Source: Vitrella brassicaformis CCMP3155 (lineage: Eukaryota > Protista > Chromerida). From it: 64,000 nucleotides of DNA. The position numbers and the translations under genes are program-made. Each line of letters opens with the position of its first letter. The first letter of the stretch is position 1. Below the pieces are notes generated by a model. The model ran no database searches, was not told the DNA's origin, and saw only the letters and a list, made by a program, of their open reading frames with translations. Shown one piece after another: positions 1-12,560 of the stretch. Where the stretch lies: positions 1-64,000 of the forward strand of contig CDMY01000396.1 in assembly GCA_001179505.1 (NCBI GenBank). The letters are read 5' to 3'.

Positions 1-1354
1 TGTTAGGATCTGCCCAACTGCCGATCAGGCGGAAAAGACAAACCAGATTGCTGCGCCCATGTAAGAATAGGTGGGAGAGAGTCGGGGAGAATGGTGAAGA
101 GAGGATCTGCCGGGCGGTCAGTCCCGGATAAAGGATTAAGTTAATGCAACGTAAGGTCTGTGGATTTTGTGGAGAGTCCACGTAGGACATGTAGTATGCG
201 TCAGTCCATCCTGTCTGACGTCCTGTCCGCCATGGCCTGTCTCATGGAACGGACAAAGACTCAACAGCCGTCCTGTCTCACAGATCAGTGGATCGTCGGT
301 CTATGAACCCTAGGCCCTAAACCCTGGACCGACTTGCACTTCTGACAGAAGTGAAGAAATGGATGGAATGCGCTGCACAGCTGCACTGGCTGCAGGTGAC
401 GAACGCATACCTGCACCACGCGCTGCCAGTAGCTCTTGCTTGTGCGGCACGCCACGTCCTTCAGTGTGCCCATGACGCCTTCCCCCTTGAGCTGATGCGG
501 TCCGAGGGGTGGTGAGTCGCCAGCGCACTCTGCAGGCGCCAGGGAGTCGCCAGCCGCTCCGTAGCAGGCGGTGGAGAAATGACGTGGCGGACGAGGAAAT
601 CTGGACGAGTTGGGAGGGGTAGAGGGAGATGCGGCGGACAACACAAGCCAACAGCCGAGCGAGAAGAAAAGGAACTGGAGGATCTGTGGCCCGAAAAAGG
701 CTGAGAAGCCGAACGCGCCGAAAAACTGTGGAAATGGACATAATAGGGTGTTTTTGGGTCTGTCTCCGTCTCAGATTCTCGCCGCTTGTTTGGGCTGGTC
801 CCGCGCCGCTAACGGTTTTTTTTGAGCTCTACTGTTCACATCCTTCACAGCGCGACATCATGTGAGGTGATGGATGTCGCCAACCCTGTGAATCTGGAGG
901 AATCATTCTTCTCCGATCGGTTTTGCTTGTACTCTCTTGCACACATCATGATGCATATACACTCATTACTCATACGACAGACATACACACGTATCGACAA
1001 AACCGCAAAAATGTGTCGCCTCGTGACTCTTTCACCTGGCTGACTGGCTGGCTGGTCTCATGTCACTCTGTCTGGAAGAGGAAACGATGCAGCAAAATTA
1101 CACAGCAGCAGCAGCAAGGAGGCAGACAAAACATACATACGTATGTATACTTATGCATTTATACGCAGGCGAGCGCGGAGCATGAGCAGCTGACTGACTG
1201 ATCGATTGACACCCTTCCCCAAACACCCACAAATACAGACAGACAGACAGACAGACGCAGACACAAGACCAGCAAGCAAGCAACAACACGGGCCCCATCG
1301 TACGCAGCCTCTCGAGTCCCCCCTGAGCCTCTCTCTGGTTCACTGCTGCACTCA

Positions 1355-3705
1355 CTACACGGCTGCCGGCTGTGTGATTGCCCGCAGCCTCTCAATCAGC
1401 AAAGGGTCTTCAGGCTTGAGCACGTCGAAGGATGTCCTTTCGCCCTTGACGCGCCGCAAAATGTACTCGGACACGCCCTCATAAGTGAACCAGTACCGCA
1501 GCCGACGCAGATTCGCCTGCAGTGCACACAACACACATCACATCGCACCCATCGATCCATCCCCACCTTTCATGTGCTTCGTTGGGCTGGCTGACCTACC
1601 TGTCTTCTGTGTATCTCTTCCGGCGGAATGTCGTTGATGAGGGTGGGCAGCATGTGGGCCATGCTGACGTGGATGGAGACGCCGATGTCGTCCCACGCGA
1701 AGCCCTCGACGTCTGGGTATGGGAGGTAGGGGAAGTCGTCCCACACGTACACGGGAATGGCCCCGAGCTGCACCGCCTCGTACATCCTGAAGGAATGAAG
1801 GAATGAATCCGCACAGACAGACACGTGTATGTTCCTAGCCTGACGGCGGCTCGTTTGTGCATGGCGTGGTAGCGTCATGGGAGTTAACTAACATGCATAA
1901 TACTGACTACCTGAATGATGTTCGTCCCATGCCTCTGGGTGTGAGTGTGAAGACCGACCGCTCCATGAGGCGCTGGAAATCGGAACCCTCGTAGTGCACC
2001 ACCACATGGGGGTCAACCAACGCCTGCCAGGCACACACACCCATCCTAGTTGTCAGTCACACAAACGTCATAAATATTGCGTTCGTTTGTTGTCGGCTCC
2101 TTGGTCGTGTCACTCGTGTGTCTTCTCTCTCCATCTCCTCTCACCCACCCACCCACCCGTTGCAGCTCCTCGTCGGTGCCGCTCTCTCGTTCAATGTCTG
2201 TGAGGTTTGTGAAGGTGAGCACCTCCAGCAGCCGACGACGCACAGGGAACCGCTTCTTGGCGATCGTCGACGACAGCAGGATGTCACGGGCGGGAGGTGG
2301 GTCGGACACACTGCACCACACACACATCATGATGGGGGGGGGATGGCTGGATCAGTGTGTGTGTGTGTGTGGCGTACTGGAGGTTGCCCTTGATGAGGGG
2401 TATGGGTGTTTGTGTGGGGAAGCGCTCCGACCCGCCCGCATTGAACACCAATATGTTGGGCGGGAAGCGAAGCTCCAGCTTCTTCAGACCCTCAGCGTCC
2501 TACACACACACACACACACACACAGTCGATCGATGGACTGCATGCTCGTATGGCGCGGTTTAGATCTACCTGCAGCACGGTGAAGTACTTTCGGTCCAGC
2601 TTGACGTATTTCTGGAGGAATCTGAGGACCTCCAGCCGCCACTGGGCCTTCTTGTCGTCATCCACCTTGCTCCTGCATCCACCCCACCATCCGTACGCGC
2701 GCGACACGTTACACGTTCAATGGCACGACCGACACAATAACTAAGTCACCCACCTGCTGAGTGAGGTCCAGAAGACGGGCAAGTAGATGGGCTCCTTGCT
2801 CGAGTGCGCCACCTGCTGCCATGCCGCGAAGAACGAATCCTCTATCCATGGACCGGTGTATCCGCTGATTGATGGATCGGACAGACCACACACAGGACAG
2901 ACACATCGTTCCTCGCTCCCGAAACACACACTCAGACACACAGGCAAGTACAGTCCAGTCCGCCTGTCTGTCGCTCACCTACCTATAGTTGGAGTTGAGA
3001 AGTGGTCTGAGTCCCGATGTGGCCCCGAGTATGTGCATCTGCTCCTCATAAAACAACTCATGCACGCTCTTCGAACCAACGCCCTCATCGCCACCGTCAC
3101 CCCCCTGCTGCTGCTGCTGTTGCTGTTGCTGCTGCTGTTGCTGCGCAGAGTCGCCCACACGAGCAGCTTCGTGGGCCTCCATGGGAGCCGCCGGATTCGC
3201 ATTCTTGCCGTCCACTGCTGCTGATCCTGCTGCAGCTGATTGGATAATGAGGTCGTTGTCATTTTCCTGGACGTCTGGCATGCCGCCGCCGGTGCGCTTG
3301 CGCATGATGGGTGTGAGGAAAGGGTCAGCCACCTGCCCAGAGAGGGGGGGCGACAGCCGATGCAGCACACTCAGAGCTGAAGGAACGAAAAGAAGAATGA
3401 GCACAACGTGTGTGTCGGTCGAAGTAGGGCGTACCTCTGAGGCTCGAGAGGTGGATATAGACACACAGGAAGAAGACAAAGGTCACCACACACACGAGAA
3501 AGAGACTCGCCCAGCTGAGAAAGGCAGGGAGCATGTGCAGGGACACCACCGGCACCTCCCCCTTCTGCACGTCGAGGGGCCACATGAGTGACACCGGCGG
3601 CCATCTGCGGCCGTTCCCACCCCAGCCCCTGGGCGCTTTGCGTGTGTTGGCCGTTGGGTCAGATCGTTTCCGCTTGAACATTCGTTGCAGAGTGCCACGA
3701 ACCAT
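1355..3705 (-). CDS. Exostosin-like GT47 glycosyltransferase, type II membrane protein, multi-exon
   Basis: Spliced exons give MVRGTLQRMFKRK..., a TM segment (LSWASLFLVCVVTFVFFLCVYI), a poly-Q stem, then YEGSDFQRLMERSVFTLTPRGMGRTSFR|MYEAVQLGAIPVYVWDD, the GT47 motif S.F.L.P.G...SFR.YEA...G.IPV. The last exon ends ...AITQPAAV* (TAG at 1355-1357). Confidence 0.85.
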
Positions 3706-4055
3706 GAGAGGTACCGCTGCATGCGGCGGGCCGCCGAGTCGATGTCTGTCTGACAGACATGCGGCACGGACACAATAAAGCACGAAACCACGGTCAATGC
3801 ACTAAGTCTTTCGTGTGTTTCGTCTCACCTTTGGCCTCACAGCTGCTGAACAACCACCTCAGATTTCTCCCGTTGAAGTGAAAAAGGGGCTCACTCGTTG
3901 GAGCGTTGTCGGGTCAGTCATTAGCTGTCACGGAGTGTTGTGTCACACTACACTAAGCTCCACGGATCCAGAGAGGGTGCCTTTTCCTCTCCTTGCAAGC
4001 CAAGCTCGCAGCGCAAACTTCTTGCGGTCCCCCTTCGAAGACAGCCCCTCTCGCC

Positions 4056-6649
4056 ATGCTTGCTGTCTTCGCCGCTGCATCATCTTTCCTTGCGTCATGT
4101 ATCGCTGTCGACATCCCCGCATTTGCATCGCTCAATGCTGGAGGACTGCATCCCACACTCCGCAGCCGCGCACACAGACTCAGATCACCCGCTATGAGGT
4201 GGCGAGGTGGTCGGTGGCATCATTCTTCCCCTGCTGGTGGCGGTGCTGCTGCTCTTGATGACGGGCAGTGTGGAGTGCTCAGGATGATGGCGGATGCGGA
4301 GGGGCTGCTCGACGTGTAAGGGCGCGACACAATGCAATCACGGCAGAATGACAGACACATGGGTTCTCCCCTTGTCCTGTGTGTCCTGTTGGTGATTGAT
4401 TGCAGCAAGAGGCTTGAGCGTGCCGCGACGGGTCCGCAGATCTTTCTCCCTGACGACCAGCGGTTGAAGATTGGCGTTGTGGGAGCCGGTAAGACCAGGA
4501 CACCTGGATGGATGGAGCGATGGAGGGAGGGAGGGATAGGACGAGCTTTGGTTTGCTGCACTGCCCCTTCTTGTCTTGTGTGGTCATTGGTGGTCACAGG
4601 TCTCGCTGGGTTGGTGACAGCGATGGATCTGGCTGATGCGGGCCACTCGGTTGAGATCTACGAGACGCGGCCGTTCATCGGTGGCAAGGTGGGCAGCTGG
4701 GTCGACAAGGACGGCAACCACATCGAGATGGGCCTACACGTCTTCTTCGGGTGCTACTACAACCTCTTCGGCATATTCAAGGTACACCACACCCCGTCAG
4801 CTTCAGCTCAGGACGCTCAAACCTGCTTGTCTGGGTCATTTTGATCAGCGATTGGGCATCTTTGAGGATGCCCTCCGGCTGAAGACCCACACGCATCAGT
4901 TTGTCAACAAGGGCGGCGACGTGGGCGCACTCGACTTCAGGATGGGCGGCGTCGGGGCGCCCTTCAACGGTCTCAAAGCCTTCGCCACCACCAGCCAGCT
5001 GGGTGAGACTGATGCATGTATACTGATGGATGGATGCCTTGCCACACACACTTGGGGGGGTGGGATCGATCAGAGTTGGGTGACAAGGTTGCGAATGCGA
5101 TTGCCTTGGCGACGAGTCCCGTGGTGAGGGGCCTGGTGGACTTCGATGGCGCCATGGAGGATGTCAGGAACCTTGATGACATCTCATTCAGGTCGATAAC
5201 CAAGACAGGCACCACACTGCCACATTGCTGGACCCATTGTGTCTTCCTTCTTGTGTGGATGCATGGCATGCAGTGAGTGGTTTCTGAGCAAGGGCGGCAG
5301 CCGTGGGTCGATCGACCGGATGTGGGACCCCATTGCGTACGCCCTTGGCTTTATCGACTGCGACCACATATCGGCCCGGTGCATGCTCACCATCTTCCAG
5401 CTGTTTGCCGTGAGGAGCGAGGCGTCAGTGCTGCGAATGCTCGAGGGATCGCCGCACGAGTACCTCCACAAACCCATACAGCAATACCTGGAGGCAAGGG
5501 GAGCCAAGGTACGCACCCATCACCACACCCTACCCTGCACACACAAACAACCGTACCATGGTGTCTTCACTCACGGTCCTGTGTCCAGATTTTTACTCGC
5601 CGGAAAGTGAAGGATCTGCTATATGACACCGATGCATCCGGCGCCCCCACCCGGATGCGCGGCATCGTGGTCACGGGCCCGCCTGGCAGAGACCGACAGG
5701 ACGAGACCAAAGAGTTTGACGTGGTGGTTGCGGCTGTGGACGTGCCGGGCATCCAGAAGCTGCTCCCGCCGTCATTCAAGTCCAGCTACGACGTCTTCGG
5801 CAACGTCGACAAGCTTGAGGGCGTCCCTGTGGCGACTGTGCAGCTGAGGTTCGACGGCTGGGTGACGGAGCTGGACCCCAGCCATCCCGACAGAAGAGTG
5901 GTGGACAAGGACTTCTCGGACGGCAAGGCGCCCGGCCTCGACAACCTGCTGTACTCAGGTGGGTGGGTGAGCCCACAGAGACACGCTCTAGCAAGGAGAC
6001 TGAGTGCGCACATCGCTGTCGGCTTCGTCCTCTCTGTGGTGTGTGTCAAACTGCAGCCGATGCTGAGTTTTCGTGTTTCGCCGATTTGGCTCTTGCGAGT
6101 CCAGCTGACTATTACAAGCCGGGCGAGGGGTCTCTGCTGCAGTGCGTGTTGACGCCCGGCGACAAGTGGATGCCCCAGGAGGTCGACGCAATCGCCAACG
6201 CCACGCTCAAACAGGTGCGTGTGTTGACGGGACGGGACACCCATCCATCCATCCATCTATCTGCTGGCCTGAGTGTGTGTCTTGTTGTGTGCATTGTGTG
6301 CGTACAGGTGTACGACTTGTTCCCAAGTGCGCGTGATTTGAAGTGCACGTGGTCCAACGTCGTGAAGCTCAACCAGTCCCTCTACCGGGAGGCCCCGGGG
6401 ATGGACCCATTCCGCCCCCCACAGAAAACACCGGTGGATGGCTTCTACTTGGCGGGCTCATACACATATCAGGACTACATCGACTCGATGGAGGGCGCCA
6501 CCAAGAGCGGGCTCAAAGCCGCCGAGGCCATTCTCGACGACACACCTGCTCTCGCGGCGTTGAGGCGACGGGAAGGGCTGGAGATGGTGCCTGTCATGCG
6601 TCAGGAGGCCACCGCATCGAGGAACGCCTCGCTTGTGGGGTCTGTATGA
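4056..6649 (+). CDS. ZDS: Zeta-carotene desaturase with bipartite plastid presequence
   Basis: KIGVVGAG|[82 protein letters not shown] and [21 protein letters not shown] are ZDS-type motifs. Exon 1 (4056-4315, [23 protein letters not shown]...) splices in frame (phase 2) to 4406. Confidence 0.95.
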
Positions 6650-7124
6650 GGGTGTGCCTGTGTCTGTGTCTGGCCTCTCTCTCAAGATTGGTCTGCGAAT
6701 GAAGCTTTCGTAGGTAGACGAACTGAGTGGGCGAGGGATGGTTTGTGTTTTGCGTGTACAGGAGAAAGAGAGAGGATCCCGAAGGGATCCCGTGATCTAC
6801 GTGTGGATGGGTGGTGGGTGTATGGTGTGGATTGACCAAACAATAATTTTTGATAGCGTATGTAGCTAGCTAGACAACGAGGTAGACGTGTACAGCTTTC
6901 TTCCCTCTATGCTGTGGGTACCCGGGTGGGTGGATGGAGAGACCAACGATTTCATTTCCCACGATGCATGCGATGCTGCGTTACGCTCAGTGTACAGCTG
7001 TCGTGATGTGCCAACGACCAAACACGAACAGCTTACACTTCATCTCGTGACTGTCGTTCGTGTGGTCCCTTTTGCAGTGATTAATCGGCTCGGCACGCGA
7101 AGGGAAGAAAACACCCCTCGGATC

Positions 7125-7147
7125 GCGAGCTCGGCGAAGGAGCTCGC
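7125..7147. promoter_or_regulatory. Inverted repeat GCGAGCTC-N7-GAGCTCGC upstream of the 7381 gene
   Basis: Perfect 8-bp inverted repeat about 230 bp upstream of the ATG. The same motif with an N6 spacer recurs in the duplicated promoter cassette. Confidence 0.35.
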
Positions 7148-7380
7148 CCTTTCGATGAATGGGTTGGCGTGTTGTGCACCAACTAGCACTCCCTGAGTCG
7201 GTGTGAGTGCCCCGCGGAGGTCGGCCTCCTCGATAGTAAGCCGCGGCTGACACAGAGGCCATCGCTCATTGGATTCTGCTCGAGAAATCTCGCCGGTAGG
7301 CAGCACATAGATGCCGAGAGCGATGCACACACACACACACACCACTGTGCTCTTCTCGTCAGCCGTGTTTGCGTCGCGCC

Positions 7381-10300
7381 ATGGCAGCGGCGGCAGAGGT
7401 GAGGTCAAACACCGTACACACAGACGCAATCATGATGTGCCACTGTCAATGATTCATTTCTTTGCTTCATTCGTCAGGCGATTGGACGCTCTGCGCCGTG
7501 CCGTTACCGGGAGGGCAGTCGCGTGCAGATGGTGACCAGCAAGCGGGAGAAGGGCAAGCAGAGGTGGGTCAAGGCCGACGTGTATCGCATCGAGGAGGGC
7601 AGTGGAGGGACGGCGCTTCACTTGAGGGAGGTGCGCGGACTCCGGGAGGAGTTCAAAGTGCTGGTGCCGCACAACGAGACCACGGCGCTGACAGACACGA
7701 ATCAAATGGCACCCGTGGTGGGCAAACACACCTCAACAGAAAGGTCCCTGGACCACTGTGTGATGTCTGTCTGTGGTGTTTGGATGTGTGATCTGTCTGT
7801 GTGCAGGTGTGGGATGTTAGCAAGAAGGTACAAACAGCCACTCTCATGTCTATCTCCCTTGGTCTTGTCTTTGGTGTAGGTTCCTGCACGCTTCAGCGAG
7901 GACCTTCTGGCGTCGCTCTTCAGCTACTTGGCCCCTCGCGAGCTGTCGGCCATCTTCCCTCCCCCTCGCATCACCGACTCCCTCATGGCGTCGTCTTCCA
8001 CCCTGCCGTCGACCAGTGGCGGTGCGCTGTCTGCGGGCGCCGCCTTCGGACCCATCAAGGACGAGACCACAGCTGTGGCGGGTGTGCCATCGGGATCATC
8101 TCTGTTTGGCGGCTTATCTCTGACCGGCACTACAACGGGAGAAGGGGGCTCGTCGCTGTTCACATTTGGCGCAGCCACATCCACACCCAAGCCACGGTTC
8201 CGCGCCAAGCCGGTGAATGCCACCCCTTCACCCGACTTCGGCGGCATCTTCGCGCCTGGCAGTGCCAAAGCACCATCTGCAGCACAGTCGACAACCGCAC
8301 CCGCCAGCAAGCCATTCGCAATCGGCAAGGCATCAACGAGGGGAGGCGGGGGCGACCCGTCTGGTGGTGGGGCAACATCGGGTGGTGGGGCAACATGGAC
8401 GGGCAGCGGCACTGGCAGAGGGACGGCTGGCACATTCACCTTTGGCGGCGCTGGTGAGTGACGAGGGGGCAGCCACACATGAATGGATCAACCGCATGCT
8501 GCCTGTATGTGTGTGTGGATTCCGATCAGGTGTGGCGTCGTCTCCATTCAGTGGAGCGTCATTCTCGACTCGGGGCAGTATGCTTGGCGGTGCGGCCTTC
8601 GGGCAGCAACGACCCGGCGGCGCCGCACAGAGCAGCCCCTCCCCCATCCACACGGCCGCCGTTCAGCAGCAGACACACGTCGCCATCGACTGCAGCACCG
8701 GGGACGACCGCCAATTCTGGGAGCGCATGACGCCTGAGGAGACCTTCGAGCTCGGCAAAAGGCTCGTCAATTTGACAGCCCTCAGCCTCGTGCAGCCGCA
8801 TAACGAGAGGTGGTGGTGTCTGGGCAGCATGATAAGCGTCGTGGAGGGCCATGCGGCCGGGCGGCGCAAGGCGCGCGAGAAGGAGGGGCAGCACCACATG
8901 GCGGAGGGCAGTCTGGAGACCATCCACTTCACCACCACCACCACCAGCCCCAGCAGCACCAGCTCCCCGCCCTCCCTCCCTGCCCCCCTCACCGAGCCCC
9001 CGACCCTCCATGCGCTCAGGGCCGTCACAGGAGTCGTCCAGCAGCACAGTGTGCTGGCCGAAAGGGAGTGGAAGATGCCCGCACTCGAGTATGTGGATCA
9101 GGGCGGGTGGGATGCCACCACGCTGGGCCAGTTCTTCAGCTCGTCGTCATGCCTGAAACAAGTGCGGGGGCTTTGGCGGACCTGGGGCAAGTGGGGGGAT
9201 CTCTTTGAGCACATTCCCGCCGCATCCGCCGGCCAGCCAGGGCCGCTCAGACACCTCCAGATCATCGGAGGCATCGAGCATGAGCGTTATCGGCGAACTT
9301 TAGAGCAGTACCGAGCAGAAATCTCGCGGCTCCAGGTAGACAATCAGCACAGACGAGAGGCCTCACCTGTGCGTGTGCACACACACACGATTGGTGTCAT
9401 TCTCTCTTTGTTTCTTTCTAGGATGTGCTCACGTCGTGTGGCTGCCAGAAGTCGCTGACGCGGTTCGACGTGCAGATCCCACCATTCGCGAAGTACGACG
9501 ACCTTGCCGCCCTGCTGACTGTCGACGGCTTCGTCAGCACGTGCTGCGCGCCCGATGTGCCGCTCACCGTGTCGATTGAGGTGGGCAAGTTCGAGCTGTC
9601 CCTCTTCTACGCCGACGCATTCCCCCATCGCCCATCCCCCTTCTTCAAGACGGCCATCAAGGAGGCGGCGAAGCAAGCGAGAACGGTGTCCTACACCATC
9701 AGCCACCACGACATCACCCACCCCCTCAACAGCCCCAGCCAGGCGGCCATCGAGATCGCACAAAGCCTCTCATTCGACAAGGTGGACCACGTGACGGTCT
9801 ACAATGCCCCCGGCCTCGCCCCTCCAGGCGCCCCCCCACCCATCCCCACCATCGTCACCCACCTGCAGCAGTTCCCAAGCGCAAGAGAGCTGGATGTCTA
9901 CAGCGGTCTGGTCGCCGCTGCGGGCCGGCTGCTGGCGCTGAAGATGCCCATGCAGGTGGGGCGTGTGGTGTTTGGCATAGGTGTGAGCGGAGAGGACAGG
10001 CTCGGTGTGCTGGACGCGCTGGAGCAGAAGAGAGAGGTGCGCACTGTCGATGTGGGTGCGTTAGATCCGGTCAGTCTCACGCAGGGCGGCGCCTTTGACG
10101 GCTGGGGGTCGAATCACCTGCCATCGATTCGCAACATAGAACTGAACCTATTAGGTATGCCGGGAATGCAGCGATTGCAGGAAGGTGCTCGTCGAATCAT
10201 CTTCTGTGTCCATCCGCCTTGCCTGTGTGTCGTCATTCAGCGCCCCGTGAGTTGGAGAAGGCTGCGGCTGTCGAGCTCCTTGGCCACGGCGTGACGTCTC

Positions 10301-10479
10301 TGCTCACCGCTGGCGTGCGGGGCCTGACGGGTGTGCGGCTGCGGCTGGTAGCGCGTGACGACATTCTCACAGCGGTTCGTCAGCTGCTCCCTAACGGGAC
10401 GCGAGTGGCCGACTTCACCATCAACACGCGGGATGAGTCTATTTCTCGCATTCTGGTGGAGGCAACTCGTCGCTCCTAA
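7381..10479 (+). CDS. Lineage-expanded hypothetical protein: SH3/Tudor-like N-terminus, F-box-like motif, FG-rich low-complexity region, LRR-like family domain
   Basis: Exons MAAAAE| ...YREGSRVQMV...RWVKADVYRI...| VPARFSEDLLASLFSYLAPRELSAI (F-box-like), GGSSLFGG/SSLFTFG/GTFTFGG repeats, then THVAIDCSTGDDRQFWERMTPEETFELGKRLVNL...WCLGSMISVVEGHAAGR, which is paralogous to the 56393 gene. Confidence 0.75.
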
Positions 10480-11382
10480 ACGGTGAGAGGTCGAACTTTT
10501 AGACTTCGCTTCGCTTTGTCCGTGCACACGGGTGTGCGTGTTGGCGTGTGTGTGTGTGTGTTGTGTGGTCAGGCTGTCTGTCTGTCTGTCTGTCTGTCAG
10601 ACAGCACCGTAGTGTAGCTGTGCGAGCAAGATGGCGTACTCCTTTTTGATGTGCTTATGGATCCCTGACTTCGGAATCGTTCAAGACTCGATCGCATGCG
10701 CCTTGACGTTTAAGACTCCTTCATTCGAATTCACATCATCAACACTCCTTCATTGAGATGGCTTGATTAGCTGAGAGAGAGTGGGGTTGTGGTGTGTTAA
10801 CCATCCATTTGGTGCGGTGTTGGCGTGATCAATTGAAAATTGTGAGAGTCAAGGGGTCTGCTGTGATGGCTGTGGTGCGTGTGTGAATGCTGCCTTTCCT
10901 ACTTGGGGAACACACGCTGAACCATCTCGACTGTCTACTTTCTGAGCCGTGCTTACACTCACACCTGCACACCTAACCTCACCTTAATTAGCTGCCGCAT
11001 TCCTTCCGATGGCCCTTTTGCCTTTGCACTTCGGCACCATTGCCGCTGGCGAAGTACACCAAAGAGAGCCCCACTCACGAACTCACGCACTCTCTCACTG
11101 ACTCACTCGATCGTTTTCTTAGCATCTCGCATCCGCACAGTACTTAGTAAGTCACCTTCTCTGCCGCCATCAGCACAGCTCGGTCACTTAGTATGTCAGC
11201 TGCCTGTCTGTCTCTCTCACGGACTCGCTTACGCATATCCGGCCGGGGGTGTGTCTGTGTCTTGGTGCCTGACTGTCTGCTTACCGCTTATTCATCTTTT
11301 TGAGTGCGTGAAGATGCATGCCAACGACCAAACGGATTTGACCCGCGTGAATCAAGCTATTTATTGCAAGTTGCTCATTCAT

Positions 11383-12143
11383 TCATTGCACAGAGTCTCT
11401 CACTCGCTCAACACGCACATCCCGCCTTCCTTTTGCCTCTTCCATCAGCCTCTCGGCCGCCTCCTCACCCAACACAAGACTGGTCATCACGCCATCCGCA
11501 TCAAATCTGTCTCGCCTGTCCCTCACATCCCCAAACCGCGTCATCCACCTCTCAACGGCCCCCGTGTCCTTGTAGGCGTATGACACACGCACACCAACAC
11601 ACACAGAATACTCCACCCACACACCGCTCTCGTCCTGCTCTGCCAGTGGCGAGAACAGCAGCTTCGCGGCGCCGCCGTACGCCCGGGCAAGTCCGCCCGT
11701 CCCCAGCTTGATGCCGCCGTAGTATCTCACCACAAACACGGCCACACTAACGGCCTTTTCGCCCTCGAGATGCGACAAGATCGGCCTCCCTGCCGTCCCA
11801 CTCGGCTCGCCGTCATCAGAGCACCGCACATCCACCAGCCCATTGTCGCCAATCAGCCTGTAGGCGAAGGTGATGTGCCGCGCGCCTTTATGATCTTGAC
11901 GCACCTGGCCGAGCAGTTGATCAAACTCCTTGGACGATGCACAGGGATAGCCTAGAGCTACAAAACGTGATCTCTTCTCCGTCAACTCAGCCTGCACGGA
12001 CCGTTAAGTGTTCGCTGAGCTGCTGGCGACGACACCGCGGCGAACAAGAGCTGGACTCCTCTGCGAACGGCGGCCGTCATGGCCAGAGCTCGAGAGGTAG
12101 CCGACAGGAGGATCAGTAAATGGATGTCGCTGAGCAGTTTCAT
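11383..12143 (-). CDS. yigZ: YigZ/IMPACT (UPF0029) family protein with N-terminal signal-like leader; frame break near 11994
   Basis: AELTEKRSRFVA...HKGARHITFAYR...SDDGEPSGTAGRPIL...VVRYYGGIKLGTGGLARAYG is diagnostic. The leader MKLLSDIHLLILLSATSRALA... (ATG 12143) is in another frame. Confidence 0.9.
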
Positions 12144-12560
12144 CAGTGCAGATAGGTGCACTGTGCGTCAGATCCTCCTCGCATGGCCGTCAGATCAGCT
12201 CGGCAGCAGCCTCAGCTGATTCTCGGAAGGTCACCAACACTGCACAAACCGCATAGATCTCAATGCAGCACTGAGTGAATGGCACCTGGCGTGCGTGTGC
12301 CTCATTGCCATGCAGCTGCTTACCGTCGCTGCCCCTGAGAGCTCTCTTGTCCTCCAAAGTCTGGTCGGAAACATGAGATCCAGCCTGCCATCCAGGTCAT
12401 TCGATCTGACTTTGCATCCTGCCTTGACACGAGCAGACGCCTTTGGCTAACCAGCATCTGATGACGACTTCTCGCCAACCTGCGAGCTGATCTGCCGCCT
12501 CCCTCTGGCTCGCGCTTTTTTAGGCCGAAGTTTCGCCGTTTGTTTCAACAGGTTTGACAG

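Noticed and set aside
301-330. Telomere-like CCCTAAA/TTTAGGG heptamers (also about 50775-50795 and 51472-51488)
   Set aside because: Only one to three degenerate units each; not a telomeric array and not distinguishable from chance or telo-box-like motifs.
1-741. Possible minus-strand gene running off the left edge (MGTLKDVACRTSKSYWQRVVQ|RIPSISSLLSEVQ)
   Set aside because: Splice-like signals exist, but no family or consistent model could be supported.
6774-6791. Hairpin GGATCCC-GAA-GGGATCC in the ZDS 3' region
   Set aside because: A single 7-bp stem, expected by chance; no terminator role in a eukaryote.
10480-11380. Intergenic stretch checked for ncRNA or a mobile element
   Set aside because: No tRNA/snRNA-like fold, terminal repeats or transposase-like ORF recognised.
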